From Anaerolineales bacterium (lineage in GTDB: Bacteria; Chloroflexota; Anaerolineae; Anaerolineales; UBA4823), in NCBI GenBank assembly GCA_034436035.1, contig DAOTVW010000136.1:1-54016 (forward strand): 54,016 bases of DNA. The letters run 5' to 3'. The notes beneath the pieces are model-generated. The model made no database searches, was not told the DNA's origin, and saw only the letters and a program-made list of their open reading frames with translations. Every line of letters starts with the position of its first letter. Position 1 is the stretch's first letter. Of the stretch, positions 29,701 through 39,663 are shown piece after piece. A program made the translations under genes and the position numbers.

Positions 29701-30149
29701 TTGATTCGGAGGGTAATTATTTATCCTCTTTTGGACAAGCTGGTATGCAACCAGGCGAATTTGATGAACCAGTTGGTTTAGCATTTGCTCCAAATGGTCA
29801 ATTGTATGTTGCTGATACATGGAATCAGAGAGTCCAGGTGTTTTCGATCGATGAGAATCTCAATTTCTCATTTGTAACAAGTTGGGACATCTATGGTTGG
29901 TATGGCCAATCTTTAGATAATAAACCTTACATCGCGATAGACCAAAATAACCATGTGTTTGTAACCGATCCCGAAGCCTATAGAATTCTAGAGTTTACTG
30001 GAGAGGGAAATTTCATTCGCTATTTTGGAGAATTCTCTCAAGGAGCAGATGGATTTAACCTACCCACTTCGATAGCGATCGATCAGAATGGAGGACTTTG
30101 GATTAGTGACACTGGAAATAGCAGAATCATGCATTTCACCCTGCCTTAA
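26784..30149 (+). CDS. TIGR03663-like PMT/ArnT-type (GT-C) polytopic membrane protein fused to a C-terminal six-repeat NHL beta-propeller
   Basis: N-terminal MSHDETSH...RHDPITHGPLQF supplies the DE and HGP family motifs. Also QPWYYY and more than 15 TM spans. The C-terminus (~29230..30146) has six repeats: YIVDTDNNRIQHL, YVADTWNHRIQKF, FISDTGNKRIVVF, YVADTWNQRVQVF, FVTDPEAYRILEF, WISDTGNSRIMHF. Confidence 0.75.
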   Translation: MSLTSSESLPTLNKTEDQISSLSNIKKWEIILFSLIVGLAILSRLYMLGARVMSHDETSHVYFSWLLEQGRGYRHDPITHGPLQFHLLALSYFLIGDSDFSARLPAALLSIATVAFMWNYRRYFGKVGALIAAFLLLISPYILYYGRYARNEAFIGLFAVLLWWSILNYLQNPQPKYLIYVTIATVLHFTSKETAFIYTAQVLLFLALYLSNSIASKPWQIKAYRKFFFSAIVVSLIFIIIGIGVIGIIKASNPIVNQQTDSTPAQTTKSPLNIGNGIVAIGAVGLLFAIYLVLRGYGWNKLKEEPSFDLAILIGTFVLPMLAPFPVKILGHNPIDYSTTSSIVFTGIFVGLFTVLAIIIGLLWKPKTWLVNYAIFYSIFIIFYTTIFTNGFGIFTGLVGALGYWLEQQGVNRGSQPWYYYAFVQIPIYEYLPAIGVPFAALYYTIKSGKKSDTIEVEINNEDSTYDNHSLTNTDHLVFWFFLFWSVTSLLAFSIAGEKMPWLTFHITLPMILLTAWALGKVVTSIHFQQLIYGKEKYFLISFTVFLISTIMSFYLLFGNTPPFQGKELNQLQATTSFLSALVFMVGSGWYCAYLSRFWEWSESLRIITIVIFGILSLFTIHTSTQAAFVNYDNATEFLVYAHSARGPKDVLAQIEEISRRTTGGLGIKVAYDNETTYPFWWYLRNYPNQVYYEQNPTRELRDAPIILVGEENYGKLEPVVGQAYYKFDYIRLWWPNQDYFDLTWQRISDAIRNPQMRQALLNIWLYRDYTLYGQLTNKDMSLTNWYPSSRMRMYIRKDIVSQLWNYGSVPVESNVPADPYEGKQLKIEADKIIGSAGTEPGQFQHPHDLAIAKDGSLYIVDTDNNRIQHLSPDGKVLQVWGNFGDSTTSETPGGTFNQPWGIAIDHNGFIYVADTWNHRIQKFTEDGKFVKMWGYFGQGESPTAFWGPRDIAIDNQNRLFISDTGNKRIVVFDSEGNYLSSFGQAGMQPGEFDEPVGLAFAPNGQLYVADTWNQRVQVFSIDENLNFSFVTSWDIYGWYGQSLDNKPYIAIDQNNHVFVTDPEAYRILEFTGEGNFIRYFGEFSQGADGFNLPTSIAIDQNGGLWISDTGNSRIMHFTLP

Positions 30150-30230
30150 AGCTATAATAAATAGTGGAGCAAGCTATTGCTTACATTAATAAAAAATCAT
30201 GCCTAGAGGAGTAAAACGGAGTAGTAGCAC

Positions 30231-31373
30231 ATGAAAATCCATGAATACCAAGCAAAACAAATATTTTCACGTTATGGCATCCCTATCCCAAGAGGCAGGG
30301 TTGCCTCTTCTGCAGATGAAGCCAAACAAATCGCAGAAGAGTTAGGTGGAAAAGTTGTTATCAAATCCCAAGTATTAGTCGGTGGACGTGGAAAAGCGGG
30401 GGGTATTCGTCTGGCTAAAAATCCAAGCGAGGCAGAAGAATTAGCCGCCCAAATTTTGTCCATGGAAATCAAAGGACTTCCCGTTCGAAAAGTGCTTGTA
30501 GATGAAGCCGCCAATATCGAAACAGAAATTTATTTAGGGATTACCAATGACCGCGCTGCCCGTCGTCCAGTGATGATGGCATCTGCCGCTGGTGGGGTTG
30601 AGATAGAAGAAGTTGCACGGGTTGCTCCTGAGAAAATTATCAAGGTTCATATTGACCCACTCTTAGGCCTTCGAGACTACCAAGCTCGCGATATAGCTGC
30701 CGGGATCGACTTGCCCCGCGATTATTGGAAATCTTTTATCGCTATTGCCCATGGCCTCTGGAAGACGTATCTGGATTCAGACGCAACATTAGCAGAGATT
30801 AACCCACTGGTTATCACCTCTGATATGAAGCTCATTGCGCTAGATGGGAAAATGGTTATCGATGACAACGCCCTTTTCCGCCATCCGGAATTTGCAGAAA
30901 TGCGTGACCTTGATGCAGAAGCACCGTTGGAAACCGAAGCTCGTAAATATGGTTTATCTTACATTAAACTAGAAGGAGACATTGGCTGTCTGGTTAATGG
31001 AGCTGGTTTAGCAATGACCACAATGGATATCATCAAACTATATGGCGGAGAACCAGCTAATTTTTTGGATATTGGTGGCGGTGCAAGCGCCGAAAAAGTC
31101 ACAGCTGCATTAAGAATTATCCTCAGCGACAATAATGTCAAAGCAGTTTTATTAAACGTATTTGGTGGTATCACCCGCTGTGACGAAGTAGCTCATGGAA
31201 TAATCAGTGCACTCAATGAAATTCAACCCAAAATCCCAATGGTCATACGGCTGGTAGGGACAAACGCGGAGGAAGGGCAGGCTATACTTGCCAATGCTAA
31301 AATGATAACAGCCCAGACATTGGTTGAAGCTGCGCAAAAAGCTGTTGCTGTCTCAAAAGGAGGTGTGGCATGA
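30231..31373 (+). CDS. sucC: succinyl-CoA synthetase beta subunit
   Basis: [15 protein letters not shown]-grasp domain, GGGA loop. Confidence 0.93.
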   Translation: MKIHEYQAKQIFSRYGIPIPRGRVASSADEAKQIAEELGGKVVIKSQVLVGGRGKAGGIRLAKNPSEAEELAAQILSMEIKGLPVRKVLVDEAANIETEIYLGITNDRAARRPVMMASAAGGVEIEEVARVAPEKIIKVHIDPLLGLRDYQARDIAAGIDLPRDYWKSFIAIAHGLWKTYLDSDATLAEINPLVITSDMKLIALDGKMVIDDNALFRHPEFAEMRDLDAEAPLETEARKYGLSYIKLEGDIGCLVNGAGLAMTTMDIIKLYGGEPANFLDIGGGASAEKVTAALRIILSDNNVKAVLLNVFGGITRCDEVAHGIISALNEIQPKIPMVIRLVGTNAEEGQAILANAKMITAQTLVEAAQKAVAVSKGGVA

Positions 31374-32230
31374 GCATTTTAATCAATCGTGATACTCGTT
31401 TAGTCGTCCAAGGAATTACCGGTAATGAGGGAATGTTCCACACCCGTCAAATGGTAAATTATGGCACAAATGTTGTCGCAGGAGTGACCCCCGGAAAAGG
31501 TGGAGAATGGGTGCTCGATGGAAAAATCCCCGTCTTTGACTCAATGAAAATCGCCGTAGAGGCTACTGGTGCCAATACAAGCATTATCTTTGTCCCGGCT
31601 CGTTTTGCATCCGATGCCATCTATGAAGCTGCCGATGCGGGAATCTCTCTCATCGTTTGTATAACCGAAGGTATACCAGTTCAGGATATGATGCGGGTGC
31701 GCAGTTATCTTGATCAAAAACAATGTCGCCTGGTTGGACCGAATTGTCCGGGTCTGCTTTCACCAGGACAATCCAAAGTTGGTATTATTCCTGGCGATAT
31801 TGCAATTGCGGGGAATATTGGAGTTGTATCCCGATCTGGAACATTAACATACGAAGTGCTCTATGCTTTAAAACTCAATCACCTCGGTGTTAGTACTTGT
31901 GTGGGTATAGGTGGTGATCCAATAAATGGAACAGATTTTATCGATGTTTTATCCATGTTCGAAGGGGATCCCCACACCGAAAAAGTAGTGATGATTGGTG
32001 AAATTGGCGGTAATGATGAAGAACGCGCCGCAGAATATATATCATCGAAAATGACGAAACCAGTCGTTTCTTTCATTGCCGGTCAAACCGCTCCACCAGG
32101 AAAAAGGATGGGGCATGCTGGTGCGATTATTGAAGGCGGAAGCGGAACCGCCAAAGACAAAATCCGTGCGTTGCAACAAGCTGGGGTCAAGGTAGCCCGT
32201 CATCCTGAGGAAATCCCCCATTTATTCTAA
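31370..32230 (+). CDS. sucD: succinyl-CoA synthetase alpha subunit
   Basis: [15 protein letters not shown], and active-site GHAGAI. Confidence 0.93.
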   Translation: MSILINRDTRLVVQGITGNEGMFHTRQMVNYGTNVVAGVTPGKGGEWVLDGKIPVFDSMKIAVEATGANTSIIFVPARFASDAIYEAADAGISLIVCITEGIPVQDMMRVRSYLDQKQCRLVGPNCPGLLSPGQSKVGIIPGDIAIAGNIGVVSRSGTLTYEVLYALKLNHLGVSTCVGIGGDPINGTDFIDVLSMFEGDPHTEKVVMIGEIGGNDEERAAEYISSKMTKPVVSFIAGQTAPPGKRMGHAGAIIEGGSGTAKDKIRALQQAGVKVARHPEEIPHLF

Positions 32231-32238
32231 ATAATGAA

Positions 32239-32280
32239 CACCAAATCGACCGGTTTATTAATGAGCCGGTCGATTTGGTG
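32239..32280. terminator. perfect 15-bp hairpin between convergent sucD and acpP (no clear U-tract)
   Basis: CACCAAATCGACCGG - 12-nt loop - CCGGTCGATTTGGTG. Confidence 0.5.
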
Positions 32281-32300
32281 TGAAGTTGTCTTGTCGAAAA

Positions 32301-32534
32301 TTACATGTGTTCTTCGACGTATTTGACAGCATCACCTACAGTGACGATCTTTTGGGCATCCTCGTCGGAAATTTGTCCACCAAATTTATCCTCAAATGCC
32401 ATGATCAATTCCACAAGGTCAAGTGAGTCGGCTTCTAAATCTTCCCGAAAACGAGCTTCCATGGTCACCTTTGATTCATCCACCCCTAGCAGTTCAACGA
32501 TAATTGCTTTGATTTGTTCAAATGTATCGGACAT
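32301..32534 (-). CDS. acpP: acyl carrier protein
   Basis: Phosphopantetheine site [19 protein letters not shown] 32534 lies behind the SD AGAGGAGAAATTGTTC. Confidence 0.92.
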   Translation of the reverse strand: MSDTFEQIKAIIVELLGVDESKVTMEARFREDLEADSLDLVELIMAFEDKFGGQISDEDAQKIVTVGDAVKYVEEHM

Positions 32535-32565
32535 GAACAATTTCTCCTCTATCAGATTTTGGGCA

Positions 32566-32593
32566 ATTGTATTACCAGCTTGAAATCTGTCAA
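32566..32593 (-). promoter_or_regulatory. promoter TTGACA-16-TACAAT for acpP
   Basis: The minus strand reads acTTGACAgatttcaagctggtaaTACAATtgcc. Confidence 0.55.
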
Positions 32594-32603
32594 GTCTTTA
32601 AAA

Positions 32604-32632
32604 TTGACAGTTCCCGCTCAGACTGGTAAGAT
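32604..32632 (+). promoter_or_regulatory. promoter TTGACA-17-TAAGAT for fni and the polyprenyl synthase gene
   Basis: TTGACAgttcccgctcagactggTAAGAT. The -10 ends 11 nt before ATG 32644, which has no SD. Confidence 0.5.
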
Positions 32633-32643
32633 ACTTCAAACAA

Positions 32644-33687
32644 ATGGAACACTCATTTATGAAAAAAGTTACGCCAATCACACAACGAAAAACAGATCAT
32701 ATCCGAATTAACTTAGAAGAAAATGTTCAATCGGGTTTAACTACAGGATTGGAACATTATCATTTTGTTCACCAAGCACTACCAGAGCTCAATCTGGAGG
32801 ATATCTCCCTAACCACCGGTTTCTTCGGGAAAAAACTTTCTGCTCCCCTACTGATTTCTTCAATGACTGGGGGAAGTGACCAAGCAGCGAAAATTAATAT
32901 GACGTTGGCTGAAGCAGCGGAACAAGAAAATATTGCTCTTGGTTTGGGCTCCCAACGCGCTGCTATCGATCATCGGGAACTTGCTGCAACCTATCAAGTG
33001 CGCAAAGTCGCTCCACACACTTTACTATTTGCAAATCTTGGAGCGATTCAATTGAATTATGGGTATGGGGTCGATGAATGCCAGAGGGCAGTCGAAATGA
33101 TCGAAGCGGATGGATTGATATTACATTTAAATCCATTGCAGGAAGCTCTCCAACCAGAAGGAAATACTCATTTTAAAAACCTGAGCAGAAAAATTGAACT
33201 GGTCTGTAAATCTTTGCCTGTGCCAGTTGTCGTAAAAGAAGTTGGTTGGGGGATTTCAAAGCGGGTTGCCCAATTATTGATCGATTCAGGAGTAGCGGCA
33301 ATCGATGTCGCTGGTGGAGGTGGTACATCCTGGTCGCAAGTGGAAATGTACCGCGCTCAAACAGAACAACAAGCGCTCATAGCTGCAGATTTTATTGAGT
33401 GGGGAATTCCAACCGCTGAATCCATTCTTCAGGTTCGGGAAGTGCATTCAACTATCCCGCTCATAGCCTCTGGTGGCATTCGAAATGGGATTGATATTGC
33501 GAAATGTATCGCATTAGGTGCAAATTTAGGTGCTATGGCAAGCCCATTTCTAAAGGCAGCTGTAAAATCAGTTGATGATGTTGTCCTAACCATTCAAACG
33601 ATTAAAAAAGAAATTCAAATTACCATGTTCGCCTGCGCTGCGAACGACATTGCTTCGTTACAATCCATCCCTTTGGTGAGAAAATAA
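32644..33687 (+). CDS. fni: type 2 isopentenyl-diphosphate delta-isomerase (FMN-dependent)
   Basis: [19 protein letters not shown], and [11 protein letters not shown]-barrel FMN motifs. Confidence 0.9.
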   Translation: MEHSFMKKVTPITQRKTDHIRINLEENVQSGLTTGLEHYHFVHQALPELNLEDISLTTGFFGKKLSAPLLISSMTGGSDQAAKINMTLAEAAEQENIALGLGSQRAAIDHRELAATYQVRKVAPHTLLFANLGAIQLNYGYGVDECQRAVEMIEADGLILHLNPLQEALQPEGNTHFKNLSRKIELVCKSLPVPVVVKEVGWGISKRVAQLLIDSGVAAIDVAGGGGTSWSQVEMYRAQTEQQALIAADFIEWGIPTAESILQVREVHSTIPLIASGGIRNGIDIAKCIALGANLGAMASPFLKAAVKSVDDVVLTIQTIKKEIQITMFACAANDIASLQSIPLVRK

Positions 33688-33690
33688 AAA

Positions 33691-34704
33691 ATGACCAAAA
33701 CAGAATTACTCCAAACCATTCGGAATAGTATTGAACAATCCTTGCAAACCACGCTCCAGGAAATAAATCAAAATGGGTATGAAGAATATTATTCAATGCT
33801 GGCTTATCACATGGGCTGGATTGGTGAAGGGGCTGGAGAAAAAGCAAGTGGGAAACGAATTCGACCATCATTATTGATTTTGGTTACAGCGGCAAATCGA
33901 TCGGATTGGAAGATAGCCCTTCCTTCCGCAGTTGCTGTGGAATTAGTTCATAACTTCTCATTGATCCATGATGACATAGAAGATAATAGCCAATATCGGC
34001 GTGGTAGACTTACGGTTTGGTCTAAATGGGGTCTCGCTCAAGGGGTTAATGCCGGTGATGCAATGTTTACCTTAGCACATTTAGCCATCCAAAAATTATC
34101 CGAGAGCCTACCCTGTGAAATTGTCTATCAATCCACAAATTTACTATTAAATACCTGCCTTCATTTAACAAAAGGACAATTCCTTGATATCGACTTCGAG
34201 CAACGTGCAGTTGTATCGATTGAGGATTATTGGACAATGATTGAAGGGAAAACTGCCGCACTTTTTTCTGCCTGTGCTCAGCTTGGTGCAATTGCAGCGC
34301 AATGTGACCCAGATGTTGTGAAACACTATCAAAATTATGGAAAGGCTTTGGGTTTAGCGTTTCAAGTTGTGGATGACATTTTAGGAATATGGGGAGACGA
34401 GGCAATGACTGGTAAATCAACAGCCAGTGACCTTTGCTCAGGGAAGAAAACCTTACCGGTGTTATTGGGATTACAAAATGATTCTACTTTTGCAAAACGT
34501 TGGCACAGAGGCAATATTCAACCACAGGAAGCTAAACATTTAGCAAATTTACTTACCGAAGAGGGTATATTAGAAGCCACACAAAAAGAAGCGGATCGAT
34601 TAACCGAGTTGGCACTAGCCGAACTTACCTCTGCTCAACCAAAAGGCTTAGCAGCTGAGCTCCTTTACGATATCACAAATCAGTTATGTCAAAGGCAAAA
34701 ATAA
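33691..34704 (+). CDS. polyprenyl (geranylgeranyl-type) diphosphate synthase
   Basis: First Asp-rich motif LIHDDIED. Second motif FQVVDDILGIWGD. Confidence 0.85.
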   Translation: MTKTELLQTIRNSIEQSLQTTLQEINQNGYEEYYSMLAYHMGWIGEGAGEKASGKRIRPSLLILVTAANRSDWKIALPSAVAVELVHNFSLIHDDIEDNSQYRRGRLTVWSKWGLAQGVNAGDAMFTLAHLAIQKLSESLPCEIVYQSTNLLLNTCLHLTKGQFLDIDFEQRAVVSIEDYWTMIEGKTAALFSACAQLGAIAAQCDPDVVKHYQNYGKALGLAFQVVDDILGIWGDEAMTGKSTASDLCSGKKTLPVLLGLQNDSTFAKRWHRGNIQPQEAKHLANLLTEEGILEATQKEADRLTELALAELTSAQPKGLAAELLYDITNQLCQRQK

Positions 34705-34719
34705 ATAAAATCAAGATAA

Positions 34720-36000
34720 TTAAACAAATTCTCTAAAAACCACATTCCCCAATAAATATGCTCGGGGAGTTAAACGTAATCTCTTTTGTTCCGCCTCCAC
34801 CCATTCGAGCAAACCTTTATTAATGAGCTCTTGGATTTTATCCCCAAATATCAAAGTCAGATCTTTGCCAAACCGCTGATAAAAATCATTCACTCCCACC
34901 CCTTCAATTAACAATCTTAATCCAAGCATAAGAGTATCATTCATTTCTTCACTCTTTGTAACATAATGAGATTCAATTGTAGCTGGTGAAAGTGAAAACT
35001 CAAGCGGATACCCTTGATTTATTTTTTTTATATACACATCAGGATGGTAAACATTAGCTATGCGCATACTATTGAAAAATCCATGCGCTCCTGCGCCAAA
35101 ACCGAAATATGGAAGATTCTGCCAATATTGCAGGTTATGCCTACATGTCAATAAATTACCTTCCGTATCCCGTTTAGCCCAATTTGAGATCTCATAATGT
35201 TCATAATGATTTTGATCTAACAAATCACATGCTAGCTCATAACAATCTGCTGCCAGATCATCATCAATATCGGATATTTTGCCTTTCTTCAGCCATTCGC
35301 CAAATACAGTGCCAGGCTCAATGGTTAGTCCGTATAAGGATAAATGTTCTACATCCAATTGTAGTGCTGCGAACAATGTTTTTTCCCAATCGTTTATCGA
35401 TTGGTCTGGTAAACCAAACATTAGGTCGAGATTAATTTGCGAAAATCCTGCTCTACGTGCCAATTCCACTCCTTCAATGATTTGTTGGATGTTATGGATC
35501 CGTCCTAACAATTTTAATTCCTGATCATTGAAGGATTGCGCACCTAAACTTAACCGATTGACACCTAATTGGTAATAACCCTTTATCTTTTCAAAATCAA
35601 TTGTTCCAGGATTTGCCTCCAGTGTAATTTCAGGTGTACTCGCTAAATGGAAATTTTGATGGATCTGATTCAAAATTTGCTCGCTGAGTTCGATTGAAAG
35701 AAGTGAAGGCGTACCACCACCAAAATAAATCGTGTGAATGAGAACATCCTCAGGGCAATATGATCCCATCCATTTAATCTCACGACAAACAGCCTTGACA
35801 TAATCCTGCATTAAGTAATCTATGCCACTATACGTGTTGAAATCACAATAACGACAGCGCCTTTCACAAAAAGGGATATGAATATAGATGCTCGTCTTTT
35901 TCACAAGTATGAGTATATCATTAGGCGCCGATAATTTCCCCTTTACCAATCGATTAAGGCTGGTATAATGCTCTCCGTCTAAGTAAAAACATTGGTGCAT
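34720..36000 (-). CDS. hemW: radical SAM heme chaperone HemW / oxygen-independent coproporphyrinogen oxidase-like
   Basis: IHIPFCERRCRYCDF cluster motif and a HemN_C-like tail. The first ~32 aa may not be translated (possible GTG start at 35904). Confidence 0.82.
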   Translation of the reverse strand: MHQCFYLDGEHYTSLNRLVKGKLSAPNDILILVKKTSIYIHIPFCERRCRYCDFNTYSGIDYLMQDYVKAVCREIKWMGSYCPEDVLIHTIYFGGGTPSLLSIELSEQILNQIHQNFHLASTPEITLEANPGTIDFEKIKGYYQLGVNRLSLGAQSFNDQELKLLGRIHNIQQIIEGVELARRAGFSQINLDLMFGLPDQSINDWEKTLFAALQLDVEHLSLYGLTIEPGTVFGEWLKKGKISDIDDDLAADCYELACDLLDQNHYEHYEISNWAKRDTEGNLLTCRHNLQYWQNLPYFGFGAGAHGFFNSMRIANVYHPDVYIKKINQGYPLEFSLSPATIESHYVTKSEEMNDTLMLGLRLLIEGVGVNDFYQRFGKDLTLIFGDKIQELINKGLLEWVEAEQKRLRLTPRAYLLGNVVFREFV

Positions 36001-36008
36001 ATTTATCT

Positions 36009-37151
36009 ATGACTGTTGAAAAATCATCAAAACCGACTAAAGTATGTCCAACTTGCGGGACGCGTGTTCCTGAAAACGCTACTCGCTGTCTCGTTTGCGG
36101 AACCAACTTTGCCGCTCCAGAACATACTGTAGCAAATAAACCGATCCAAGGTAGTCGTATGCCAGAGGTGACCCTTACACTCCCGGCTGCACTTGGTTTC
36201 TTAGCATTATTTTTGGCAATTGGGGCGGGTTTAGTATACTTTGCTTTACAAAAAAGTGGACAGGTTATCGAACCAACCCAAACACCTACGATCACTTTTA
36301 CGGTAACGCCAACTTTAACTGCGACACCCTTTACCCCTACCGCGACAAATACACCTGAACCCAGCCCCACTCCCTTTACCTACAAGGTAGCCTCTGGTGA
36401 TACCTGTTCTTCAATCGCCTTTGCTTTTAAAGTTTCGATCCAAAGCATCGTTTTACTCAATAATTTACCTGCCACGTGTGATACGTTATATGTTGGGCAA
36501 CCTCTTTTAATACCACAACCCACACCAACTCCAACTCCTTATCCAACTGCCACATTGAGCGCTGCCGAAGCTACCGAAGCAGCATGCACTAAAATTGAAT
36601 ATACTGTTCAAGACAACGACACATTAAGTTCGATTTCAGCGAATTATGCGGTTCCCATCGCAGTCTTAAAATCCTATAATGGTTTGGTCAACGACACCGT
36701 TCGTTCAGGCCAGTCAATTATTATTCCACTTTGTGAACGGATGGGCACCCCTGGGCCGACACCTACCTTCACCCCCCCACCGCCGTATCCAGCTCCGAAT
36801 CTGTTATTACCTGCCGATGGTGCCTCTTTTACTTTAGCCGATCAAACAGTGACCTTACAATGGGCATCCATTGGTACTTTACGTGAAAACGAAGCCTACC
36901 AAGTCACGGTTATGGATGTCACGGAGGGGAATGAGCGAAAGCTAATTGCCTATGTCACCGATACCAAATATATTATTCCAACTAGCTTCCGTCCCTCCGA
37001 CACGAAACCCCATATTATCCGCTGGTGGATAACGACAGTTCGCCAGATAAGCACCGATGATAACGGTAATCCAGTTTGGGATATCGCTGGAGCTTCCAGT
37101 GTGCAACGTGACTTTAGCTGGAGCGGTGTTGGCGGCACACCTTCCCCATAA
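36009..37151 (+). CDS. zinc-ribbon / single-TM / double LysM domain protein
   Basis: CPTCGTRVPENATRCLVCG, one TM span, PT-rich linkers, two LysM domains (YKVASGDTCSSIA..., YTVQDNDTLSSIS...), and an uncharacterised C-terminal domain. Confidence 0.8.
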   Translation: MTVEKSSKPTKVCPTCGTRVPENATRCLVCGTNFAAPEHTVANKPIQGSRMPEVTLTLPAALGFLALFLAIGAGLVYFALQKSGQVIEPTQTPTITFTVTPTLTATPFTPTATNTPEPSPTPFTYKVASGDTCSSIAFAFKVSIQSIVLLNNLPATCDTLYVGQPLLIPQPTPTPTPYPTATLSAAEATEAACTKIEYTVQDNDTLSSISANYAVPIAVLKSYNGLVNDTVRSGQSIIIPLCERMGTPGPTPTFTPPPPYPAPNLLLPADGASFTLADQTVTLQWASIGTLRENEAYQVTVMDVTEGNERKLIAYVTDTKYIIPTSFRPSDTKPHIIRWWITTVRQISTDDNGNPVWDIAGASSVQRDFSWSGVGGTPSP

Positions 37152-37188
37152 ATTTTCGCCCCGCATAGTCATTCGTAATTTATAAAAT

Positions 37189-37217
37189 AACACCCACAGA
37201 ACTCTTCTGTGGGTGTT
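37189..37217. terminator. 13-bp hairpin between convergent LysM and citrate synthase genes (U-rich on minus strand)
   Basis: AACACCCACAGAA-CTC-TTCTGTGGGTGTT. The minus strand continues ATTTTAT. Confidence 0.6.
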
Positions 37218-37222
37218 ATAGC

Positions 37223-38587
37223 TTAACAACCGCGTTCTTGCTCGCTTTCTTCTCTCAATTTTACACCCAGTTGTTGTTCCACCATCTGTTCTAACATATT
37301 TGTGGTTACCGATTTCGGTCTTTCAATAGGTGCCCCTAACGCTCTTGCCCAAACCGTATTTGCAGTCACTCCAAGTAATCGGCTGACCCCAAATAGTACT
37401 GTGTAAAAACCACCTGGTCCATTTCCATCGCCATCGAGAACGCCAAAATGATGTTGAATCGCGCCACTGATCGCGTCTACATTTGGCCATGGATCCTTGG
37501 CTTTGCCTTGTTGGATAAGGACTTGAGGCACCACTTCATATACCAATTTTGCTAACCGGAAGAGGTCATCTTGTGGAAAATATTTTTCACCAAATTCTAG
37601 TTGGACGGTAAAACGCGGATCCGTCTTTCGTAACACCGCATGACCATACCCTGGAATAACTTTCCCGGACTGAAGTGTCTGCCAGGCATATTCTGCAAGC
37701 TGCTCTTTTGTGGGAACGCCATTGAATTTTTGATACACTTCCAAAAGCCATTCCATCGCTTCTTGATTAGCGCGGCCATGCAATGGGCCTGCTAATCCAT
37801 TCATCCCTGCAGAAGTTGAATAATATATATCAGAGAGAGCTGATGAAACCAGATAAGTTGCGTGAGCGCTGACATTGCCACTTTCATGATCAGAATGGAT
37901 CATAAAATATAATCGGGAAAGATCATAATAGTTTGGATCTTCCACACCAATCATGTGCCCGAAGTTCGCTGCCCAGTCTAATTCATCCTTTGGCTGAACA
38001 ATTTGTCCTTGTCGAAATTTATAGTTATAAATAAAGGCTGCGATTGCAGGTGCTTTTGCAGTGAGGTTTAAACTATCTTCTAGCATTGCATCCCAATAAT
38101 CCTCTTTCTTCATTCCTTCATCGTAGCGCCTTGCAAAGATGGAAGTGCCTTGTAAAGCTAAAATACCCATCGAAAAGAGCGTCATTGGGCTGGTTGTTTT
38201 TGGCATCGAGCGGATAACCTCATAAACTTGTTGCGGAACTTCTTGGCGTTTTTTCCATTCTTTCTCCACTTCCATAGCTTCATCGTAACTTGGTACCCGT
38301 CCAACGAGTAATAAATAATAGATTCCCCCGCTAAATGGGATATCATCACCGGGACGTTTTGGCAATAATTCCAATAATTCTTGAATTTTATATCCACGTA
38401 ATCTGATGCCTTCGTTCGGATCGACACAAGAAATATCTGTTACGAGTGCTTTGACATCTCTCATACCACCCAAGATTTGGGCCATACTTACCTCGGCAAC
38501 TTTAAAAGTACCATACTCTTTCACCAATTTTTGGAGTCTGGCACGCCAGCTGGGTAATTGTTGAGCAATCTGTTCTTTGAGGTTCAT
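37223..38587 (-). CDS. gltA: citrate synthase
   Basis: HSDHESGNVSAH and GYGHAVLRKTDPR active-site motifs. Confidence 0.9.
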   Translation of the reverse strand: MNLKEQIAQQLPSWRARLQKLVKEYGTFKVAEVSMAQILGGMRDVKALVTDISCVDPNEGIRLRGYKIQELLELLPKRPGDDIPFSGGIYYLLLVGRVPSYDEAMEVEKEWKKRQEVPQQVYEVIRSMPKTTSPMTLFSMGILALQGTSIFARRYDEGMKKEDYWDAMLEDSLNLTAKAPAIAAFIYNYKFRQGQIVQPKDELDWAANFGHMIGVEDPNYYDLSRLYFMIHSDHESGNVSAHATYLVSSALSDIYYSTSAGMNGLAGPLHGRANQEAMEWLLEVYQKFNGVPTKEQLAEYAWQTLQSGKVIPGYGHAVLRKTDPRFTVQLEFGEKYFPQDDLFRLAKLVYEVVPQVLIQQGKAKDPWPNVDAISGAIQHHFGVLDGDGNGPGGFYTVLFGVSRLLGVTANTVWARALGAPIERPKSVTTNMLEQMVEQQLGVKLREESEQERGC

Positions 38588-38601
38588 TTTATTCTCCAGG
38601 G

Positions 38602-39531
38602 TTATGATAAGTTTAATTTGGCAATATTATCTGCGACACCAGCAGCAGATACTCTCAACATATTCATCTCATCCTCTGTCAATTTATATTCAATGATTTT
38701 TTCCACCCCATCTCTTCCCAATTGAACAGGTACACCAAAATAAATATCCTTCAAACCATATTCCCCCTGTAAGTAAGCCGCTGCAGGTACAATGAGATGT
38801 TTATTTTTTAAGATCGCACATACCATTTGGGTAACGGAAATTCCAGGAGCATAAAAAGCGCTGCCCATTTTGAGTAAACTGACTATCTCTCCGCCGCCTT
38901 TCCGGGTTCTATCGACGATTTCATGTAATTTTTGTTGGGGTAAAATTTCATCCAACGGAATTCCAGCAACATTCGAGATATGGGTGAGCGGTACCATATC
39001 ATCACCATGCCCACCCATTACATAACAATGAACATTTTCAACACTCACCCCGAGTTCTTGGGCAACAAAAGTACGCATACGAGTTGAATCTAAAATGCCT
39101 GCTTGCCCGACCACTCGCTGGGGAGGCAACTGGGTGACTTTCATGGTCAGGTAAGTCATTACATCAAGAGGATTGGTTAGGACAACATAAATAGCGTTGG
39201 GAGAATATTTAATTGTATTGAGAGCCGCCTGACGGACAATTTCTGCATTGGCAAACAATAAGTCGTCCCGGCTCATGCCCGGTTTACGCGGCATGCCCGC
39301 CGTAATCACTATCACGTCCGAACCTTCCGTAGCTTGATAATCATTGGAGCCCACGATGGAAATATCCTTTCCCAAGATAGGCATTGCTTCCAACAAATCA
39401 AGCGCTTTTCCTTGCGGTAGACCTTCAACCACATCAACCAAAACAATATCCGCCACTTCGCGCTCTGCCAACCAATGAGCAGTGGTCGCCCCTGTCATTC
39501 CGGCTCCAACAATGGATACTTTATTCCTCAT
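38602..39531 (-). CDS. mdh: malate dehydrogenase (LDH-like family)
   Basis: VSIVGAGMTG, GMPRKPGMSRDDL, GGHGD. Confidence 0.9.
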   Translation of the reverse strand: MRNKVSIVGAGMTGATTAHWLAEREVADIVLVDVVEGLPQGKALDLLEAMPILGKDISIVGSNDYQATEGSDVIVITAGMPRKPGMSRDDLLFANAEIVRQAALNTIKYSPNAIYVVLTNPLDVMTYLTMKVTQLPPQRVVGQAGILDSTRMRTFVAQELGVSVENVHCYVMGGHGDDMVPLTHISNVAGIPLDEILPQQKLHEIVDRTRKGGGEIVSLLKMGSAFYAPGISVTQMVCAILKNKHLIVPAAAYLQGEYGLKDIYFGVPVQLGRDGVEKIIEYKLTEDEMNMLRVSAAGVADNIAKLNLS

Positions 39532-39663
39532 CGCAATCCTCCATTCTTAGTATGCAATAAATTTTTACTACTGCTGGTATGCCTTTTTGGATAAAGGGGA
39601 AAATTTCCTTCGGAACATCCTTTATTAGTTCCATACCCTTGCTTCTATGCAGTAGAATATGTT

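Noticed and set aside
35902-36011. hemW and LysM-protein start codons only 8 nt apart (ATG 36000 minus, ATG 36009 plus), suggesting overlapping promoters or leaderless genes.
   Set aside because: The first ~32 residues of the hemW ORF precede the normal HemW N-terminus. An internal GTG (35904) is equally plausible and would restore a ~100-nt spacer. The start is too ambiguous to build on.
39560-39640. Possible terminator or structured RNA between trxB and mdh (GGATAAAGG...GGAAAATTTCC...CCTTTAT).
   Set aside because: The stems are short and imperfect, with a large loop and no U-tract. I could not support any call.
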